DNA of 64,000 bases from positions 96,968,001-97,032,000 of the forward strand of contig OZ024745.1 in the NCBI GenBank assembly GCA_964016885.1, read 5' to 3'. A program made the translations under genes and the position numbers. The notes under the pieces are model-generated. The model searched no databases and was not told the DNA's origin. It saw only the letters and a list, made by a program, of their open reading frames with translations. Position 1 is the stretch's first letter, and each line of letters opens with the position of its first letter. This document shows positions 57,401-64,000 of the stretch, one piece after another. The stretch is from Eledone cirrhosa (taxonomy: Eukaryota).

Positions 57401-60400
57401 TGATTTAAGGGGATATGTTGGCTACATTTATCATTTCAAGGTACTAGGTTTGATTAAAGTGGATATGCTGGCTATCTTTATCAGTTCAATATACTAGGGT
57501 GTGATATAAAAACATATGCTGCTTATCTTTATCATTTCAAGATACTAGTGTGTAATTTAATGAGATACGCTGGCTATCTTTAACATTTCGAGAAAACTAG
57601 GGTGTGATTTAAGGTGATATGCTGGCTATCTTTATCATTTCGAAATACTAGGGTGTGATTTAAGGAGATATGTTGGGTATCTTTCTCATTTAAGATACTA
57701 TGGTGTGATTTAAGGAGATATGTTGGCTATCTTTCTCATTTAAGATACTATGGTGTGATTTAAGGAGATATGCTGGCTATCTTTATCATTTCAAGATACT
57801 AGGGTGTGATTTAAGGATATATGCTGGCTATATTTATCATTTCAAGATACTAGGGTGTGATTTAAGGGGATATGCTGGCTATATTTATCATTTCAAGATA
57901 CTAAGTTGTGATTTAAGGGGATATGCTGGCTATATTTATCATTTCAATATACTAGGGTGTGATTTAAGGGGAAATGCTGGCTATCTTTATCATTTCAAGG
58001 TACTAGGGTGTGATTTAAGGATATATGCTGGCTATATTTATCATTTCAATATACTAGGGTGTGTTTTAAGGAGATATGCTGGCTATCTTTATCATTTCAA
58101 GATACTAGGGTGTGATTTAAGGAGATATGCTGGCTATCTTTCTCATTTCGATATACTCGGGTGTGTTTTAAGGAGATATGCTGGCTATCTTTATCCTTTC
58201 GAGATACTAGGGTGTGATTTAAGGAGATATGCTGGCTATCTTTATCCTTTCGAGATACTAGGGTGTGATTTAAGGAGGTATGCTGGCTATTTTTATCATT
58301 TCGAGATACTAGGGTGTGTTTTAAAGAGATATGCTGGCTATCTTTATCATTTCAAGATACTAGGGTGTGATTTAAGGGGATATGCTGGCTATCTTTAACA
58401 TTTCTAGATACTAGGGTGTGAATTAAGGAGATATGCTGGCTATCTTTATCATTTCAATATACTAGAGCGTGATTTAACGGGATATGCTGGCAATCTTTAT
58501 CATTTCGAGATACTAGGGTGTGATTTAAGGGTATATGCTGGCTACATTTATCATTTCAAGATACTAGGGTGTGATTTAAGGAGATATGCGGGCTATTTTT
58601 ATCATTTCAAGTTACTAGCGCGTGATTTAAGGGGATATGCAGGCTATCTTTATCATTTCAAGATACTAGAGTGTGATTTAAGGAGATATGCTGGCCATGT
58701 TTATCATTTCAAGATACTAGGGTGTGGTTTAAGTAGATATTCTGGCTATCTTTATCATTACAAGATACTAAGTTGTGATTTAAGGGGATATGCTGGCTAT
58801 CTTTATCATTTCGAGATACTAGGGTGTGATTTAAGGGGATATACTGCCTATCTTTATGATTTCAAGATACTAGGGTGTGATTTAACGGGATATGGTGGCT
58901 ACATTTATCATTTCAAGGTACTAGGGTGTAATTTAAGGAGATATGCTGGCTATCTTTATCATTTCAAGATACTAAGTTGTGATTTTTGGGGATATGCTGG
59001 CTATCTTTATCATTTCGAAATACTAGGGTGTGATTTAATGAGATATGTTGGCTATCTTTATCATTTCAATATACTAGGGTGTGATTTAAGGGGATATGCT
59101 GGCAATCTTTATCATTTCAAGATACTAGGGTGTGATTTAAGGGGATATGCTGGCTATCTTTAACATTTCAAGATACTAGGGTGTGATTTATGGAGATATG
59201 CTGGCTATCTTTATCATTTCAATATACTACGGTGTGATTTAAGGGGATATGTTGGCTATCTTTATAATTTTGAGATACTAGATTGTGATTTAAGGAGATA
59301 TGCTGGCTATCTTTATCATTTCAAGGTACTAGGGTGTGATTTAAGGGGATATGTTGGCTATCTTTATCATTTCGAAATACTAGGGTGTGATTTAAGGGCG
59401 TTTGCTGGCTATCTTTATCATTTCGATATACTAGGGTGTGATTTAAGGGGATATGCTGGCTACATTTATCATTTCAAGATACTAGGGTGTGATTTAAGGA
59501 GATATGCTCGCTATCATTATCATTTCAAAGTACTAGGTTGTGATTTAAGGGGATATGCTGGCTACCTTTATCATTTCAAGGTACTAGGGTGTGATATAAG
59601 AAGATATGCTGCTTATCTTTATCATTTCGATATACTAGGGTGTAATTTAAGGAGATACGCTGGCTATCTTTAACATTTCGAGATACTAGGGTGTGATTTA
59701 AGGAGATATGCTGGCTATCTTTAGCATTTCAAGATACAAGGGTGTGATTTAAGGGGATATGCTGGCTATCTTTATCATTTCAAGATACAAGGGTGTGATT
59801 TAAGGGGATATGCTGGTTATCTTTATCATTTCAAGATACGAGAGTGTCATTTAAGGGGATATGCTGGCTATCTTTATCATTTCGAGATACTAGGGTGTGA
59901 TTTAAGGAGATATGCTGCCTATCTTTATCATTTCGAGATACTAGGGTGTTATTTAAGGAGATATGCTGGCTATCTTTATCATTTAAATATACTAGTGTGT
60001 GATTTAAGGAGATATGCTGGCTATCTTTATCATTTCGAGATACTAGGGTGTGATTTAAGGAGATATGCTGGCTATGTTTATCATTTCAATATACTAGTGT
60101 GTGATTTAAGGAGATATGCTGGCTATCTTTATAATTTTGAGATACTAGAGTGTGATTTAAGGAGATATGCTGCTTATCTTTATCATTTCGAGATACTAGG
60201 GTGTAATTTAAGGAGATATGTTGGCTATCTTTATCGTTTCAAGATACTATGGTGTGATTTAAGGAGATATACTGGCAATCTTTATGATTTCAAGATACTA
60301 GGGTGTGATTTAAGGGGATATACTGCCTATCTTTATCATTTCAAGATACTAAGTTGTGATTTAAGGGGATATGCTGGCTATATTTATCATTTCGAAATAC

Positions 60401-63400
60401 TAGGGTGTGATTTAATGAGATATGTTGGCTATCTTTATCATTTCAAGATACGATGGTGTGATTTCAGGAGAATTGCTGGGTGTTTTTATCATTTCAAGAT
60501 ACTCGGGTGTGTTTTAAGGAGATATGCTGGCTATCTTTATCATTTCAATATACTAGGGTGTGATTGAAGGGGATATGCTGGCTATCTTTATCATTTCAAG
60601 ATACTAGGGTGTGTTTTAAGGAGATATGCTGGCTATCTTTATCATTTCAAGATACTAGGGTGTGTTTTAAGGAGATATGCTGGCTATCTTTATCATTCCA
60701 AGATACTAGGGTGTGATTTAAGGGGATATGCTGGCTATCTTTATCATTTTGAGATACTAGGGTGTGATTGAAGGGGATATGCTGGCTATCTTTAACATTT
60801 CAAGATACTAGGGTGTGATTTAAGGAGATATGCTGGCTATCTTTATCATTTCAAGATAGTAAGTTGTGATTTAAGGGGATATGTTGGCTATCTTTATGAT
60901 ATCACGATACTAGGGTGTGATTTAAGGAGATATGCTGGCTATCTTTATCATTTCAAGATACTAGGGTGTGGTTTAAGTAGATATGCTGGCTATCTTTATC
61001 ATTTCAAGATACTAGGTTGTGATTTAAGGAGATATGCTGGCTATCTTTATCATTTCAAGGTACTAGGGTGTGATTTAAGGGGATATGTTGGCTACATTTA
61101 TCATTTCAAGGTACTAGGGTTTGATTAAAGGGGATATGCTGGTTATCTTTATCATTTCAATATACTAGGGTGTGATATAAGAAGATATGCTGCTTATCTT
61201 TATTATTTCGAGATACTAGGGTGTAATTTAAGGAGATATGCTGGCTATCTTTAACATTTCGAGATACTAGGGTGTGATTTAAGGGGATATGCTGGCTATC
61301 TTTATCATTACAAGATACTAGGGTGTGATTAAAGGAGAATTGCTGGGTATTTTTATCATTTCGAGATACTAGGGTGTGATTTAAGGAGATATGTTGGCTA
61401 TCTTTCTCATTTAAGATACTAGGGTGTGATTTAAGGAGATATGCAGGATATTTTTATCATTGCAAGATACTAGGGTTTGATTTAAGGAGATATGCAGTCT
61501 ATCTTTATCATTTCGATATACTAGGGTGTGATTTAAGGAGATATGCTGGCTATCTTTATCATTTCAACATACTAGGGTGTGATATAAGAAGATATGCTGG
61601 CTATCTTTATCATTTCGAGATACGAGGGTGTGATTAAAGGGGATATGCTGGCTATCTTTATCATTTCAATATACTAGGGTGTGATTCAAGGGGATATGCT
61701 GGCTATCTTTATCATTTCAACATACTAGGGTGTGATATAAGAAGATATGCTGGCTATCTTTATCATTTCAAGATACTAGGGTGTGATTTAAGGGGATATG
61801 CTGGCTATCTTTATCATTTCGAGATACTAGCGTGTGATTTAAGGAGATATGCTGGTTATCTTTATCATTTCAAGACACTAGTGTGTCATTTAAGGGGATA
61901 TGCTGGCTATTTTTATCATTTCAGGATACTAGGGTGTGATTTAAGGAGATATGCTGGCTATCTTTATCATTTCAAGATACTAGAGCGTGATTTAAGGGGA
62001 TATGCTGGCTATCCTTAACATTTCAAGATACTAAGTTGTGATTTAAGGAGATATGTTGGCTATTTTTACCATTTCAAGATAGTAGGGTGTGATTAAAGGT
62101 GATATGCTGGCTATCTTCATCATTTCGAGATACTAGGGTGTGATTTAAGGGGATATGCTGGCTATCTTCATCATTTCGAGATACTAGGGTGTGATTTAAG
62201 GAGATATGCTGGCTATCTTTATCATTTCAAGATACTAGGGTGTGATTGAAGGGGAAATGCTGGTTATCTTTATCATCTCAAGATACTAGGGTGTGATTAA
62301 AGGTGATATACTGGCTATCTTTATCATTTCAAGATACTAGGGTGTGATATAAGGTGTTAGGCTGGCTATTTTTATCATTTCAAGATACTAGGGTGTGATT
62401 TAAGGGTATATGCTGACTATCTTTATAATTTTGAGATACTAGTTTGTGATTTAAGGGGATATGCTGGATATTTTTATCATTTCAAGATACTCGGGTGTGA
62501 TTTAATGAGATATGCTGGCTATGTTTCTCATTTCAACATACTAGGGTGTGATTTAAGGAGATATGCTGGCTATCTTTATCATTTCAAGATACTAGGGTGT
62601 GATTTAAGGGGATATGCTGGCTATCTTTATCATTTCAAGTTACTAGGGTGTGATTTAAGGGGATATGCTGGCTATCTTTATCATTTTAAGATACTAGGGT
62701 GTGATTTAAGGAGATATGCTGGCTATCTTTATCATTTCGAGATACTAGGGTGTGATTAAAGGGTATATGCTGGCCACATTTATCATTTCAAGGTACTAGG
62801 GTTTGATTAAAGCGGATATGCTGGCTATCTTTATCATTTCAAGATACTAGTGTGTGACTAAAGGGGATATGCTGGCTATCTTTATCATTTCAAGATACTA
62901 GGGTGTGATTTAAGGGGATATGCTGGCTATCTTTATCATTTCGAGATACAAGGGTGTGATTTAAGAGATATGCTGCCTATTTTTATCATTTCGAGATACT
63001 AGGGTGTGATTAAAGGGGTTATGCTGGCTATCTTTTTCATTTCAATATACTAGGGTGTGATTTAAGGAGATATGCTGGCTATCTTTTTCATTTCAAGATA
63101 CTCGGGTGTGATTTAAGGGGTTATGCTGGCTATCTTTATCATTTCAAGATACTAGGGTGTGATTTAAGGAGATATGTTGGCTATTTTTATCATTTCAAGA
63201 TACTATGGTGTGATTTAAGGAGATATACTGCATATTTTTATCATTTCGAGATACTAGGGTGTGATTTAAGGAGATATTGTTGGCAATCTTTACCATTTCA
63301 AGATATTAGGTTGTGATTTAAGGGGTTATGCTGGCTATCTTTATCCTTTCAAGATACTAGGGTGTCATTTAAGGGGATATGCTGGCTATCTTTATCATTT

Positions 63401-64000
63401 CAAGATACTAGGGTGTGATTTAAGGGGATATGCTGGCTATCTTTATCATTTCGAGATACAAGGGTGTGATTTAAGAGATATGCTGCCTATTTTTATCATT
63501 TCGAGATACTAGGGTGTGATTAAAGGAGATATGCTGGCTATCCTTATCATTTCAAGATACTAAGTTGTGATTTAAGGGGATATGCTGGCTATCTTTATCA
63601 TTTCAAGATACTAGGGTGTGATTTAAGGGGATATGCTGGCTATCCTTATCATTTCAAGATACTAAGTTGTGATTTAAGGGGATATGCTGGCTATCTTTAT
63701 CATTTCAAGATACTAAGTTGTGATTTAAGGGGATATGCTGGCTATCTTTATCATTTCAAGATACTAGAGCGTGATTTAAGGGGATATGCTGGCTATCCTT
63801 ATCATTTCAAGATACTAAGTTGTGATTTAAGGGGATATGCTGGCTATCTTTATCATTTCAAGATACTAGGGTGTGATTAAAGGTAGAATTGCTGGGTATT
63901 TTTATCATTTCGAGATACTAGGGTGTAATTTAAGGGCATATGCTGGCTATCCTTATCATTTCGAGATACTAGGGTGTGATTTATGGGGATATGCTGGCTA
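42470..64000 (+). repeat. 51-bp satellite array (over 400 copies, runs off the window)
   Basis: Consensus gatactagggtgtgatttaaggRgatatgctggctatctttatcatttcaa. Confidence 0.98.
43244..43622 (+). repeat. Copy of flanking sequence 41276-41653 inside the 51-bp array
   Basis: tttcgct(c/g)taccaatgacaaaat...gagaaattaagtttttg, near-identical. Confidence 0.92.

Noticed and set aside
42738-62759. 17-aa repeat ORFs (ILGCDLRRYAGYLYHFK)
   Set aside because: The 51-bp unit is divisible by 3, but frequent stops and 1-bp indels show no coding constraint

Overview
Repeat-saturated animal DNA with no recognisable host gene. Its tRNA-derived SINEs resemble octopus OK/OR SINEs, so a cephalopod origin is inferred. 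Bases 1-36.6 kb are (TA)n/(CA)n/(GA)n microsatellites packed with retroelements. These include one apparently intact and recent Penelope-like element (PLE, Neptune type; RT + C-terminal GIY-YIG, 18922-23706), a decayed second PLE, fragments of CR1, Tx1/L1, RTE, CRE and Tc1/mariner, and SINEs. Many short non-coding inverted or tandem elements also lie there, several carrying hammerhead ribozyme (HHR) folds. Bases 37.4-40.9 kb are a 67-bp satellite built from 23/21/23-bp subunits. Bases 42.5-64 kb are a 51-bp satellite with a 9126-bp higher-order duplication. Highlights: (1) the intact PLE has an extra upstream coiled-coil/low-complexity ORF joined to the RT ORF by an in-frame U_UUU_UUA -1 slippery site, a gag-pol-like arrangement; (2) two tandem arrays with one HHR per unit (about 430 and 675 nt) look like retrozymes that could yield circular RNAs; (3) at least eight otherwise dissimilar HHR-bearing sequences occur, several with core variants (U3-A8, U4C, U4A, expanded stem II). 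All folds and alignments were read by eye and none were computed.
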